DNA of 64,000 bases from Lama guanicoe. Its lineage: Eukaryota. Location: NCBI GenBank assembly GCA_013239625.1, contig MU053823.1, forward strand, positions 751,565 to 815,564. The letters are read 5' to 3'. Below, piece after piece: positions 11,830-47,405 of this stretch. Below the pieces are notes generated by a model. The model had not been told where the DNA came from, searched no databases, and was given only the letters and a program-made list of their open reading frames with translations. Both the position numbers and the translations under genes were made by a program. Each line of letters begins with the position of its first letter. Position 1 is the first letter of the stretch.

Positions 11830-13317
11830 TAGTTAGACAATAAATGTGAGCTCAGTCTAATTCACTACTAGTATTATCTTACATATGCCTGCAAATAAAT
11901 TCTGACAAAGGTTGTATTTTCTTAGTAAAGGTACGTATTTCTTATTCACCTAACATAATATATATATTACAACTATCCAAAAATTTATGATTGCTATTAT
12001 TAATTCTTTCTGTGGAGAAAGTTATTTAGAAACCAAGATCTCAGCACTAAATGAGTTTACTGCTTCTGGGGTGTCATCGCTTTTAGGCTCTCAAATCAGT
12101 AGAAGCTACTTACACACAAACACACATTCACACACATATGTTCTCATACACACATCTATGTCTCAATGTCTCTATCTATCAAAAACTATGAATACATACT
12201 GATACCTCCAAATCCAACACAATATTCCACTTTCATTGCTCTCATTCCATATTTGTAACTCTCTTCTCCCATAGTGAGAAATCTACCTTCCAGAACAGTA
12301 TTCAATCCCAGAATACACAGACACTTTAACCAAAGGATCAATGTTAACCTTATCAACAGTGGAACAAATTGACATCCTTTGTCCCTGGTATAATACGTGG
12401 AGAAGAATTTTTTAAATGCCTAACTCTAATTCTTCTAGATTTGTTATTATTAAAAATTTTATTGGTGCACAGTCAATCGTAATAAAATGATCATAATCAC
12501 AATGAAATGTTGGTAAATAATTATTAAACACAAAAGGTACAATTTTATCAAAAAAGCCAATTAAATGGATTGAACTTTTTAAAAAGGTAGCATGAATCAT
12601 AATTGAATGTTAATTATTATAAAATCAGAAAAAACTTTTACAAAATAACTGTCATACACTAGTCAAAAATAATACATTCAAAGGCAAAAGAAGACGGAGG
12701 AGCTATTTCAGATTAAAGCAGGCTAAAATGACATGGCAAGTAATTAAAATATTGGATAGTAGACCAGGTGATAGCTGGAGGGAGAGAAGGGAATATTTAC
12801 ACATTCTCAAAGTATCTTTTTACAAATTACTTAAGTACAAAAGGAAAAATCTTACAGTGGAGAGACCTGGTAGACATCACTTCACCAAGGGATCAAAGCA
12901 GCCCATGTTCTAGGATTTTCTCTCAATACAGAAGGTATTACTGAGGAAATCAGCAAAAGATGATTAAGGTTTGCAGGTTCAGTGAGTATCGTACCCATGT
13001 TAACCTCCCGATTTTGTAAATCTCTCCTGGTTTTCACAATCTTGCTGTGATTGTGAAAGAGAATGGCATTTTTTTAGAAAACACACAAAAAGTGGGAAAC
13101 ACTTCTCTGTTCTACAGAGCTATTTAGGAGAAAATGAACATCGTGTTTTCAACTCAACTTTCAGATGATTGAGAAAATAAAATGTGTGAGAACATATAGA
13201 CCTACTTAAAAACGTGTAAATGTACATTCATTCTCCACTGTTTTTTTTTTTTGGACATAGGGCCAAGGCTATTCCTTTTTGATTGATTTCACTGACTAGA
13301 GTTCTGCCCCTTTATTC

Positions 13318-13827
13318 TTTTTTTTTTTTTTAACATTTTTTATTGATTTATAATCATTTTACAATGTTACAATGTNNNNNNNNNNNNNNNNNNNNNNNNN
13401 NNNNNNNNNNNNNNNNNNNNNNNNNNNNNNNNNNNNNNNNNNNNNNNNNNNNNNNNNNNNNNNNNNNNNNNNNNNNNNNNNNNNNNNNNNNNNNNNNNNN
13501 NNNNNNNNNNNNNNNNNNNNNNNNNNNNNNNNNNNNNNNNNNNNNNNNNNNNNNNNNNNNNNNNNNNNNNNNNNNNNNNNNNNNNNNNNNNNNNNNNNNN
13601 NNNNNNNNNNNNNNNNNNNNNNNNNNNNNNNNNNNNNNNNNNNNNNNNNNNNNNNNNNNNNNNNNNNNNNNNNNNNNNNNNNNNNNNNNNNNNNNNNNNN
13701 NNNNNNNNNNNNNNNNNNNNNNNNNNNNNNNNNNNNNNNNNNNNGAACTCATATGGTATTTTTCTTTCTCTTTCTGGCTTACTTCACTTAGAATGACATT
13801 CTCCAGGAGCATCCATGTGGCTGCAAA
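13318..13827 (-). mobile_element. Young 5'-truncated L1 insertion spanning the assembly gap
   Basis: PolyT start, L1 3' sequence on both sides of the Ns, perfect 13-bp TSD tgcccctttattc at 13305-13317 and 13828-13840. Confidence 0.85.
13376..13744. other. Assembly gap (369 N)
   Basis: Run of n characters. Confidence 1.
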
Positions 13828-14439
13828 TGCCCCTTTATTCCTGAATAAACTTATATCTATAAAGCATTGTCTAAAATTACCAGCTTTAGATTCTTTCAAA
13901 TAGAGTCGGAGCTTAAACACATTTTTCAAACAATCTGTATATGGGGTCTCTATAGATTTTTAGGCTTTTTTTTTGTTTTGTTAATCTGTTTCAATTCTTA
14001 TTCACATTTAATCCAATAATAATCTTTTATTCATTTATTTCTCCAAGATGCTCCATCCTAATAGAAATAATTCTTTATTTAATTCACATTTTATCCATTA
14101 GTGAAATGTTTAACTATGTAGAGTATAATTCCTGTAAGGGAGCAGGGCTTAAAATATCTCAACTAGTGATGATGTCTCTAGATGAATACTTTGGAAAGAA
14201 GGTCCCGAGGGGTAGTACTAATGATGCGAATAAACCAATGATGTTCCAAAAAGTGGGGTAAGGTGTAGTGTTGCATGGCTCTCCCCATCACCCCCTAACT
14301 GAGTGTTCATGACGATGAACAGCATCAGTTGTTCAGTAAATGACCAGACCATTATGAACTATACTAATTAGAATATATGGCACTCGTCGAAAAAGTTAAA
14401 TTGAATCTTATTAGTCTGCTCAGAAAATGTACCAAGTAG

Positions 14440-15240
14440 TTTTCTAGGTGCTTGGCATGTATCAGAGGACAAATTCCGTCCCCGTTACGGGGCAATATTC
14501 AGATGCAGCAAGTGGGGACGAGGAGATACTGTCACCCAGGAAAAAGCAGGCCAAACAAATAAGTAAGTAAATTATATCGTGTGTTGGAAGGCGAAAATTA
14601 TATAGACAAAAAGAAAAGTGAATGTAAAAGTAGAAATATAAGGATAGGAAATTATTTTAAAAATAATTATGGAGAGTCGCTGAGAAGCTGACTGGGTTGA
14701 GGTTTGAAGAGCAGGAGGGAATTAGTGTTCAAGACAAAGGAAACACCTGGCACAATGGTCCCAAGGCAGGACTATGCTCAGCGTGCTTGAGGAAGAGCAG
14801 GATGGCCAGTACGGGTGAAGATTAATGAGTAGGGAAAGAGTCAAAGTAGACGCAGAGAGGGAAGGAGAGCGGCGGTGGTGGGAGCTGGTTACTTCCCTTT
14901 AGACCGTTCTAAGTAGTTCAGCTTTTACTCTGAGTGAGATGGAGAGCCTCTGGAGATTTTTGAATGAATTAATGACACAATCTGAGTTCAGACTTAAAAG
15001 ATTTACGCTAGTTATCTTGCTAAGAACAGATACTTTGGAGGGGTAAAGAAAATTAGGGGGCTAAGGCAGGATTCTAGGCATTAGGTGGTTATGAATCTGA
15101 TTACTTGCATTGCAAGTGAGGCAAATAGGATTTTCTAAAGAATTGGATATAAGATGTGGGAGAAATAGAGGAATCAATGATGACTCCAAGAGTTTTGGTC
15201 AGAAGAACTGAAAGTTGGTGGTGTTGCCATCAAATGCCCT
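14440..15240. mobile_element. Ancient L2-like fragment
   Basis: ttttactctgagtgagatggagagcc...gaggaatcaatgatgactccaagagttttgg motifs typical of L2. Confidence 0.55.
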
Positions 15241-16133
15241 TAATGTGACAGTGAAAACCTAGAAAAAGTATTGGTAATCCATGGATTTTCCCTATTTACC
15301 TCTTGAATGCAATACTTTGGTTAGGAAAAATTCCATTTAAAAATTTTAATGGCTACTTCAGATTGCCATCTTTATTTTCTTTTTGGAGTTGGCTGTGCAT
15401 AAAGAATTAGAGCTGTGTTTGAATCTGAATTAGAATCAGTCCCCAGAAATACTCCATTCAGTCCCTCTTGGCACGTTTCTTAAGTGGCTGTTAATACTGG
15501 TTCTCTAACAATTTCTTCCCTAGCATCTAAGTCAGGTTCCTGATTTGATGGTCCACATAACGGATTTCATTTATCTTGATCATAAAAACTGTCACCAAAT
15601 AATTACAATAAATTATTTTTGATCAATAAAAAGTCTTTTTAACCTACTCATCACATTTTTACTTCTTATCAACTGACCTTTGGTGTTACCATTTAGGCAC
15701 TTGTTTCTCTGTGTATTTGTAAATTGAGTTGACTGACAGGCCATGACCTATACGAATGATTCTTCTCTTTTCTATTCATACTCTGAAGATATTCATGCAC
15801 GAATAATTACAGTCATATCGAAGATCCCTCGAACTTTCTTCCCCTCTGACCCAGTTGCTCAGCAGAAAACCTAGAAGTCATCCACGCCACCTCACCCATA
15901 AACCAACTCTACTGTCTTCTTTATTCTAATATCTGTTAGCAACAGTCTCCTCTCAGTGTGCACTGCCCCTGCTTTAACTCACCCTTAATATTTCTTTCTT
16001 GAATAACTTGTGCAGTAAATAGAGCAAAAATTGCTGATTTAAAAGCTGTTTACAGTTACTTCCATATTCTAGGAATTGCAGAAGTCATCTTTAGGAGCTC
16101 ATTTATTTAGAAAAATCCATTAATTATCCTCTG

Positions 16134-16278
16134 GGAGGAAGGTATAGCTCAAGTGGTAGAGTGCATGCTTAGCATTCCCAAGGTCCCAGGTTCAATTCCC
16201 AGTACCTCCTCTAAACATAAATAAATAAACCTACTTACCCCCCCTCCAAAAAAATTAAATCTTCAAAAAAAATTTTTA
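16134..16278 (+). mobile_element. tRNA-Ala-derived SINE (vic-1-like)
   Basis: ggtatagctcaagtggtagagtgcatgcttagc...ggttcaattcccagtacctcc; 12-bp TSD aattatcctctg at 16122-16133 and 16279-16290. Confidence 0.9.
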
Positions 16279-19200
16279 AATTATCCTCTGATTATGAAAG
16301 CTAAAGACAGCTAAAACTAGGAGGAAAATCTCTGCAAATAAAGAAAAATAATTACCTTCATTGGGTGTCAAGATTATCATTTGGCTAAATGATGATGGAT
16401 TATTACTATTTTTATTTTTCTTCCACTTAGAAGACCCGGGACCCAGTAAAGAAGTAATGTTAGAGAGAGTTCTTTGATTTGAATAGAAACAAGTTCCAGA
16501 AACACGACAGAACGTCAGAGGAACCCTGGCGACAGGGCAAGGTTCATGGATACAGGGGCAGGCACTATCTGATATTCAATTTTAAGTTTTCAGAGAGCTT
16601 CAGAAATCTTAAGTACAGGGACTGAATTCTTTGCAGACCACCAGGGAAATGCTCAAATTGTAGATGTTTGAGTATTAAGAGGAAAGTTGACTTTAGAGAT
16701 GTGGAGATTTTGTGCCTACCTGGGGTACACAGCCTGCTTTCCATACTGATCTTCGTGCTCTCTCTGAGTTATCATTCTGTCTTCTGTATATAAGTTTTGC
16801 CCTGACTAAACTCCTTCACATGCCTCAAAGATTTTGCACAAATTATGTCTACGATGGAAATAGTTCCTCATTCATCTGAATGACTACTATTGATGTAGTT
16901 TCAGATTTAGCCCAGGGCAGAGCTTTCTGGACCCCCTTTATGTCCAGCTGCAAGACGCTTATCCATGCTCTCAAAGTATCCGTGTACACTGTCATCAAAA
17001 CCTATGTCACTCTCTGCTATAGCTGTTGATTTTCTTGTTTGTGATGCTTATTTATCTATGAGTTCACACCGTCTATCCCAGATACTAGCATCTACTGGGT
17101 GTTAAATAATTATTCCCTAAATAATCACATAAATACGTTACAGTAGTCAGGGAACCACATGATGTAATTAAAAATACTCCTTTACTTTTATGATAAAAAT
17201 AAAATAAATAGCATAGATCAGTTATAAAATAAATGCAATTCAATTTTTGATTGATCACCTCAGAATTTTAAATATATTTATAGATGTATGTGTACAAATA
17301 CAAATATTTGCAGATATTTGTAAAATGTAATCATGTTGTGTTATAATATTCTGTATCCTGCTCTCTCACTTATAAAATAGCATAGATTTTCCCAGTCAGT
17401 CCATAGAAAGTGACATTATTATTTTTAACAGCTACATCCTATTCCATTGAATGGATTCTCTAAATTTTGTGGACAGTTGTCTCCTTTTGTTAGACACATG
17501 CTTGTTTCAAAATTATCATCAGTCTAAATAACTGCATATTTATATTTACATACTGTCCACTTGTTTCCTTAGGATCTGTGCCTATGAGTGAATTCTTAAA
17601 TATCTTGGGCTTACGGGTTTAAGAGTAAACACGGGGGGAAGTGTGTGCTGTGCACATTTTGTACCCTTCTTCTGGATGTAAAAGGCTGAGGTTTTCAGTA
17701 AGTAACTTGGTATGATGTTCCTGGTTTTTGCAAGCAGCTGCTTTCAGAAAGGGAAGAACATTACACTCCTCCTAGAAGAATCAATTTGTGAAAACATTCA
17801 TCTCTATGCTGACAAAATATAAAGCAATTTTACAAGGACGATCACAAAGGCCACACACCACTTTTGGGATTAAATAGGAAGAATAAGTTCTATTCCTGCC
17901 CTATAGCCTATGTTTCTGTTTTTGATACTCAAGGGAACACTTGCTCTGTCCTATGTCCCAAGTCTGTCTTATTCGGTCTGCCTGCCATTCCCCACTCCCC
18001 GCCCCCATCAATCATTCTGATTCTTTTGCTCTTTATTGGATCTAATTTTTAAATGACCTGCTTTTATATCCTGCCTTTCTATTCTTTGAACTTTAAATCA
18101 TATATGCCTGGATTTAAAAGGGATTAAAAATTGAATTTATTATTGTGTGCATCACAATGTTGGCCATGAAATGATCCAGCTGAGACAGCCAACACATCTA
18201 GAGCAAACTAAACTTATTCTTTCCATTTTTCTTTCATTTTGTTACTTATGTACTCAGGTAATTACTTAAAATAGGGTTATCTTACATTGTTGGGCTGGAA
18301 CTTGTTTTGAACTTCCAAGTAGGGCACCAAGAGCAGAGTTAATAGAGTCTCTCTCTCTCTTTTTTTTAATGGTTTCTTATGACTTTTTCTTTGTCATTGT
18401 CCAAGCCCCAAATTAGATACTAAGTTCTTTGAGGACAGGGACCATACTTACTTTATTTCCTGCACGTATGACAGATTCTGGCATACACTGAGTTGCACTC
18501 ACTAAATTACATAACGAACGGACTAACAGATCCATCAAATGAAAATTTTCTCCATGATGTATTCAGACATTGTCTTAAAACAAGACTCAAATGAGAGACT
18601 GTATAAAAAAATCTTCAAAAAATTATTTTGAAACTACAGTGTATTCTTTTATTTACTTACTCAGTAAACGTATTTTCATTCAGTGCCTAGTAGTAGGTGC
18701 CAGGCTCAGAACCATCACTTGCATTGGAGTGGTTTTTAGCTTTATTCTGTGAATTGTTTTGTAAAATTAAATTTTGGTTTTGATCATTTTATTTGGGGGT
18801 TCATATTCTACCTGTCTACTGATATTTTTCTATCGTTTGCAATTTTCCTTATGAACTTTAAGAACACAGTTTTACCTCGTATTTCATTCCCAAATATTGC
18901 CTTTTTTAGAACTATGCTTTTCTTTATCGTCCCTGGGAGTTCCTCATGCTATTACCTATTTATTTGGTAAAGAAATTACTGCTAGATTATTAACAGATAC
19001 TAACAAGCTCATATGTTATTACTCTGTGATATAATATTTGCATTTTCACCTAAGAATCATCTCATTAAGTTTTTTCACCATAATAGTTCATAATTCAAGT
19101 ACGGTTTTTCCTTAGGTCAAGTTCCTTTCTATACGTATATATTTTTTTTACTCTTATGTAGGACAAGGTAAAATTTGATACATATTTCAACTAGTCATTT

Positions 19201-20843
19201 AATCAGATGATTACATTTCATAGCTATTTTCTCACCCAAAGCTGAAATTTTCAACATCTGAAAGTAATTCTAGTAAAAAGTGTTGAAATTTATTTTTACA
19301 TAGTCATAAAGTAATTTGTAGGAAACGCTTTATAAAAAGTGACTAGAAGGTAAACATTCATGTTTCATTTGACCACTTTTGAAAAGGAGTGAAATAAGAA
19401 AAAAAGCAAGTAAAAATCTGTGGAACTGTTTTTCTAAAGGAAAAATAAAAGTAAACAGGCAAAAGATTCTAAAATACAGTGTCTCTCACATGCTGAGAAC
19501 TAAGATCGAGGCTGATGAGGAGCTAGCTGTAAACCTCAGATCTGCATGTAGATTTAAAAGGAGGGTTTGTTGTTGTTGGTTTGTTTTTTGTTTGTTGTTT
19601 TTGTTTTCTTTCGGGACGCAAGTAACTTGAATGATCTTTCAAGTACTATAGCGGAATAGCAATACTCTCCTTCCTCCTCTTATCAGCTTAGCCTAGAAGG
19701 TCCAGAATTCAAACTCAAGTCCATGGTGACTCCGTTTACTTCTTAGAAAAGGGCACTGGTTAAATCCATATCTCCTTTCTTGTTTCCAGATGGTCCCCTT
19801 GGAGCTATGGCAACAGATGACTGAAATCACTACAACCAGGTAGGGGCTCTACATTGCTGTTTTTTCTCCGCTTGTCTGGTGTCAACCTAAGTTAGAAGTT
19901 ATCTCTCCTGTCTTTAATTTCTAAGACAACACAAATTGAACGTTTTGACAGTTTTTCAAGATACACATTATTCCTTTTTCTAAAGCCACTAAACCTTAAC
20001 CCTCCTTTCCGTCAAACTGTTACTGCCTCTGTTCCTGGAAATTGCAGTGGCCGATTAACAGTAAGAGAACATGTGTCCTAGAACATTTCTTTAGAACGTT
20101 TTTACAGGGGCTGGAAGAAGTCATTTACACAATGGTCTGGTTACAAAAAAAACCAAAAAACAAAGTGGAATGGCAAGAATGGGAAGTAGCCCTTTCTTGG
20201 TGAGATTGCAGTGTAACTGCTTTTGAAATTAGTAAGAACGATGAATTGTTACACAATGATAGGGAAGTGCTGACTGGGTGACCCAGAGACACCTTGTGTT
20301 TGGATTTTGTTCTGCTCTCATTTATCTCCCCTGGTTGTGATTAGTGTTGGAAAAAAAAAAAGTCACAACTGAGAAGACAGAAACCATTTTAAATGATCTC
20401 AGTCCTCACCTGGGGCCTCAGTTCTGTCATTTGACTCATGCTACCACAATTCGTGTTATGTCACTTTTTCATATTTCACACACGCAAATCATTTCACTGA
20501 AACTCTTCTCACTAAATTCATTATTAACCTCTATATCACAAATGAAAAAACCTCTTTCCAGCCCTCATTTTATTTGACATTCTAACATTATACGACATAA
20601 GGACTATTCTCTTGTTTTGTTTCTAATATTTTATTCTCTTGAATATAGTGTTTTACTCGCCAAGATTTTCTCATATATATCTGAGCATTTCTCCTGTCTT
20701 TCTTTTTGAAAACTTTCCCCACTCTACTGAACCATTCCATACTGGAGTTTCTTGGAATGCTTCTCATTAACCAAGCTCTCATGGTAAGTGATCTCTTTGA
20801 TTCCTATGTCTTCAATAGCCCTCTACATACTCCCAAACTTACA

Positions 20844-21947
20844 TCTCACAAAGAACTCTTAAAAGGTAAAAGCTGGAGTTGCGAGCCTATCCTAAAGAAC
20901 ATTGGGAAACTCAAATAGCAAACGCTGAGGATGTCAACTACTAACATGAAATCTCAGCTACCAGGAATAAATCAGAGTCCAGATTTAGACTCCACATCTT
21001 AAATTACAGGAAATATGGAGAAGGAGCAAGAAAAGCCTGAGAACAAGGAGAAAGGTCAGTGTGGGATTATCGATGACATTTATTCAATAGCTGTTGTGTA
21101 TGTGGAGGGCAGTTGTGTTTCACTAACTCAAAGAGCAAATGGAAGGCTAAGCAAATGATAATTCCCCGGGGGGACCATAAACATGTAGGGACATCCATAA
21201 TGTTACTCAGTAGAGAAAAACAATTTATACTCAATATGGGAATAATCTAGGCCAGTGGTAAACCATAAAATTGTGATATTAGGTAGGTTGGCCATAGCAA
21301 TTGGAATATCCAGTCTCTCACTGGTGATGAAACAGTATGAAGACAATCTCTTGCTTCTATCTCATAAATATCGGTTAGAAGGCAAGACCCCCAGTCTTGA
21401 AGCACTCACAGGTTTGGAGAGGAAATCAAGAAAGAGAAGCATAAGTAGATCTTATGGAACAAATTACTGAAATTGGTACATGACAGAGACTAACATATGG
21501 CACAGACAAAGCAGAAGTCCAATTACTAGAATTGGGGGGGAAATCGGGGTATGCTGGAATCAAAGCCAACTATTAGTCAATAAGCAGCTTGCAAGAAACC
21601 ATATATATGCAACAAGTGTGTGTCACGTTATGCCAACATCCACATTTTGTATGTTCAGTGTAAATGATGAGTTTGCAAATGTGTAGCTTCAATTTATACT
21701 CAACGTGCTAGAATATTTGGGAAAATAATCTGAGAAAAAGGACAATATTGAGTTAATTAAGGTGAAGAGCATAAAGGAGTCAGAAGACACCGCACTCTGG
21801 GGTTTTGAGGAAAAAAACAGATACAAGGGCCAAAGAACTTTCCAGAGAAGATGAAAAATAATAGTGGAAGAGTTTGAGGCCAAAGGAGTCCTGGCACTCT
21901 ATTATAAAGCTAATTAGGTCCAAATGGTCATTCTCCATAAACTGCAA
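20844..21947 (+). repeat. 1.1-kb direct repeat, copy B
   Basis: Colinear high-identity match to 10705-11829. Confidence 0.95.
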
Positions 21948-22599
21948 CATAAGACTAGACAGTTAATGAATCATTTATTCAGTGATTGGCAGAACCTAAA
22001 AAAAAGAAAAAGTTGAACTTGAGCTTGCTCAGCATTACAAAGAGACTGTAGGGTAGGCAAATTTGGAACACGGATATTCTCAATAGTTGGGTGGTGGAAG
22101 GCTGAGTAAGGCATTGGTTTGTTCCATGATTTGTATAAAAATACTATAAATCTGAGATTCATATGCAGAGATTTTAAAAATCACAATAAAGAAATTAATT
22201 TCATTATAAATACACTAGATGATTCTAACAAAGCTAATGACTTCATTTACAGAAGGAATACAATGAGAATATGGATAAAAGTGACTTTGTTAACAAACCC
22301 AACATCTGTTCCAAAATCCAGAATGAGTTCCAAAATCTGATGCCACCTCCTTCTTTGTTCCTCTTCCTTCTTCCATTTGCCAGGCACAGACAGGCCCATA
22401 TAAAAATATCACAGATTCCTACCAAATTATCTTCTAAATCCCAGGTCCACTCAAATTTTTTCACATTTTCAGTTTTCCCTAAACCTGACTTGCATTGGAG
22501 GATTTGCTCTGCACCGTGTATTGCTGTAAACTTGAAAGGTGGGGCTAATGCTAAAGGCCTTCCTTTCCTCTATTCTCCATCAATATTTGCTCACTAAGA

Positions 22600-24550
22600 T
22601 TTTCTAAACAGCTTTACTGAAGTATAATTGATATACACTAAGCTGCACATACGTAAAGTGTTTAATTTTTTAGTTTTGATATATGTGTTTACCTGTGAAA
22701 CCACCAACACAATCAAGACAGTGAACATATCAATTGCCCTCCAAAAGTTTCATCATTTTTATCCCCTGCTGTAATCCTTCCTTTCTACCCTTCCTAATCT
22801 ATCCCTAAGCGAGCACTCTTTCCAGTCATAATAGATTAGTTTGTATTTTCCAGAATTTTCTATAAATAGCACCGTAAAGTATAAGATTCATTCTTCTTGT
22901 AACATGTGTCAACTGTCCATTCCTTTGAAATGCTGGGAAGTAGTCCCACTGCTTCTTCGCCCATTTGCCAGTTGAAGGACGTTTGGTTTGTTTCTAGTTT
23001 CTGCCCATTACAGATATAACTGGCATAAACATTCATGCACAAGTCACTAAATGGACCTACATTACCATTTTTCTTATGTAAAACCTTAGAAGTTTGTCTA
23101 ATGTTTAAAAAAATTGCCAAGTTGTTTTTGCAAGGAGTCACATCATTTATATTCCCATAAGGCTGCATGAGAGTGTTAGATCCTTAACATTCCCAGTTCT
23201 TTGACCATTGAATTATTGAAAGTAAGCTGTTTTAGTTTCCAAATATTTGAGGTTTTCTAGAGATACTGTTATTGATTTCTAATTTCATTCCATTGTGATC
23301 AGAGAAGATATTTTATACGATTTGAATTACTTTAATTTGTTGAGAATTTATATATGTTCAAAAATATTACCCATCTTAGGAAATGCTCTGTGTGCACTTG
23401 AAGAGAATGCATGTTCTGTTGCCACAGGATGAAGTGTTCTGTAAATGTTGATCAGGTTAAGTTGATTGATCGTGTTGTTCAGTTCTACTACATTCTTAAT
23501 GATTTTCTGCTTATTTGTTTTACCAATTATCAAGAGAGAGACTGAAGTCTTCTATTATAACTGTGGATTTGCTATTTCTCCCTGCAGTTTTATAAATTTC
23601 TGCTTCATGGTTTTTGAAGCTCTGGTGTTAATTTCACACACATTTGGGATTGACAAATGTACCATTTACCATTATGAATCGATTCTTTATTTCTAGATCT
23701 TTTTTTAGCTCTGAAATCTACTTTTGATGATTTTAACATAGCTATCCTGGGATTGCTTTAATTGGTGCTAGCGTGGCATGTCTTTTTCTAACCTTTTGCT
23801 TGTTTTCTTTTTTCTAACCTTTTGCTTTTATCCTGTATTTTTTGTATTTAGATTATTTAGGCATCATTTAGTTGAATTTTGCTTTTTAATCCATTTTGCC
23901 AATTTCTGTCTCTTAAGTGGGTGTGCTCAGATGATTTACATTTACTGTGATCAAAAGTACAGTTGGGTCTGTTAACTTGCATTTTGTTTTCTATTTGTCC
24001 CATCTACTTTTATTCATTTTCCCTCTCTTTTATGGCTTCTTTTGGATTAATTGAATATTTTATGATTCCGCTTTACCTGTTTTATTGGCTTATTAGCTAT
24101 AACTCTCTGTTTTGTTACCTTAGTGACTGCTTTAGGTTTATTGTATACAACTTTAGCTCATCATAGTCTACCTTCAAATAATATTTTACCACTTTACATA
24201 TAGTATGTGAAATTTATAATAATATTCTTCCATTTGTCTTCTCACCTTCTGTGTTATTATTGTCATACATTTTCCTTTTACGTGTTATAAACGTCACACT
24301 GCGTAGCTATTATTCTTGTTTAAACAATTATTTTAAAAATACTTAAATAATGATAAAAATCACATATTTACCTATGTAGTTACCATTTCTGCTGCTCTGC
24401 ATTCCTTATGTTGAGCCATATTTTTTTATCTAGTACCATTTTTCTTCTGCCTGAGACTTCCATTAACATTTCTTACAGTGTCGGTCTACTGGTGATAAAT
24501 TATTTCAGCTTTTAAAAGTGAACAATGTCTTTATTTCTTTTCATTTCAAT
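22600..24550 (-). mobile_element. Decayed L1 fragments (3' end plus ORF2 endonuclease region)
   Basis: ctttactgaagtataattgatatac; minus-strand ORF2-like LNNTINQLNLINIYRTLHPVATEHAFSSSAH. Confidence 0.8.
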
Positions 24551-25246
24551 TTTTTGGTTTCTTATACCTTAAATCCCTTCCTCTTTTTTCTTTTTAGCAA
24601 AATCCTTCTTGTAATTTAGGACACAACTTAAGCATCTTCTCACAGAAAAGAGGTTTTGGACTGTTCATTTCTGACTTCTAGTCAACATGACTACTTTTTT
24701 TTTCTTTATTTTTCACACTGTGCTTTGAACCTGTGTTCATTATTGCTATTATATGTGTTTCTCTTACTTGAACTTAAGTTAATTCGAGTCAAAATTTTGT
24801 GTTGTAAATTTGTATTTCACCATTTGTAGAATTTGTAATAATCATGGCTAATTTCATTGCTGCTCTTCATCCCATTAGAAAAGAAATACAAGTGCTGTCT
24901 ATAGACAATCTGCACAAAATTATTCATTAGGTGCATTTGATGATGGAAATAATATTTAAAGTGGCTATGACAATCAAGCATTAATGATTTAATTATGTTT
25001 TGCCTATTTTACCTTCATTTTTTAACATAATTTAACTACATAACAATTTCTATTTTTTGCTTCTAATATATTAATCCAAAACAAAGTGCAGAAATTTAAA
25101 ATATTTAACTCAACAACAGTATATAAGTTAATATTTCCCCTTAATTTTTGTAAATCTGTATTGAATGTTTCTCAATTTTCTTTGGTTGTTTCATGTCTCA
25201 TATTGAAGAAGACATGAGCATGAAAGGGAATCTCACTCTTTTAATT

Positions 25247-25257
25247 ACTTCCCTTTT
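25247..25257 (-). promoter_or_regulatory. PU.1/ETS-like site in the TATA-less CD163 proximal promoter
   Basis: acttccctttt = AAAAGGGAAGT on -, about 150 nt upstream of the ATG. Confidence 0.5.
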
Positions 25258-25291
25258 TTGGTTAACTCCACCTCCTTTATGTAGCTTTTCT

Positions 25292-25292
<1 letters not shown>

Positions 25293-25354
<62 letters not shown>
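25293..25354. repeat. T62 homopolymer in the CD163 leader region
   Basis: 62 consecutive T ending 45 nt before the ATG. Confidence 0.95.
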
Positions 25355-25357
<3 letters not shown>

Positions 25358-25399
25358 AGGGACTAGTACAAGAAGATTTAAGAGGCACAAATCCTTGGA

Positions 25400-47405
<22,006 letters not shown>

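Noticed and set aside
13343..13929. Long ORFs in the track
   Set aside because: Artefacts of the N gap plus L1 sequence.
16134..16210. Possible tRNA-Ala genes (also 7716 and 36051)
   Set aside because: Mismatched stems, SINE tails and TSDs show they are SINE copies.
20066..20079. Glucocorticoid response element-like agaaca-tg-tgtcct upstream of CD163
   Set aside because: Spacer is 2 nt rather than the canonical 3; not supportable from sequence alone.
10705..21947. The two 1.1-kb repeats as LTRs of a provirus
   Set aside because: No TG...CA ends, primer-binding site or gag/pol/env; the interval holds ancient L2/L1 fragments.
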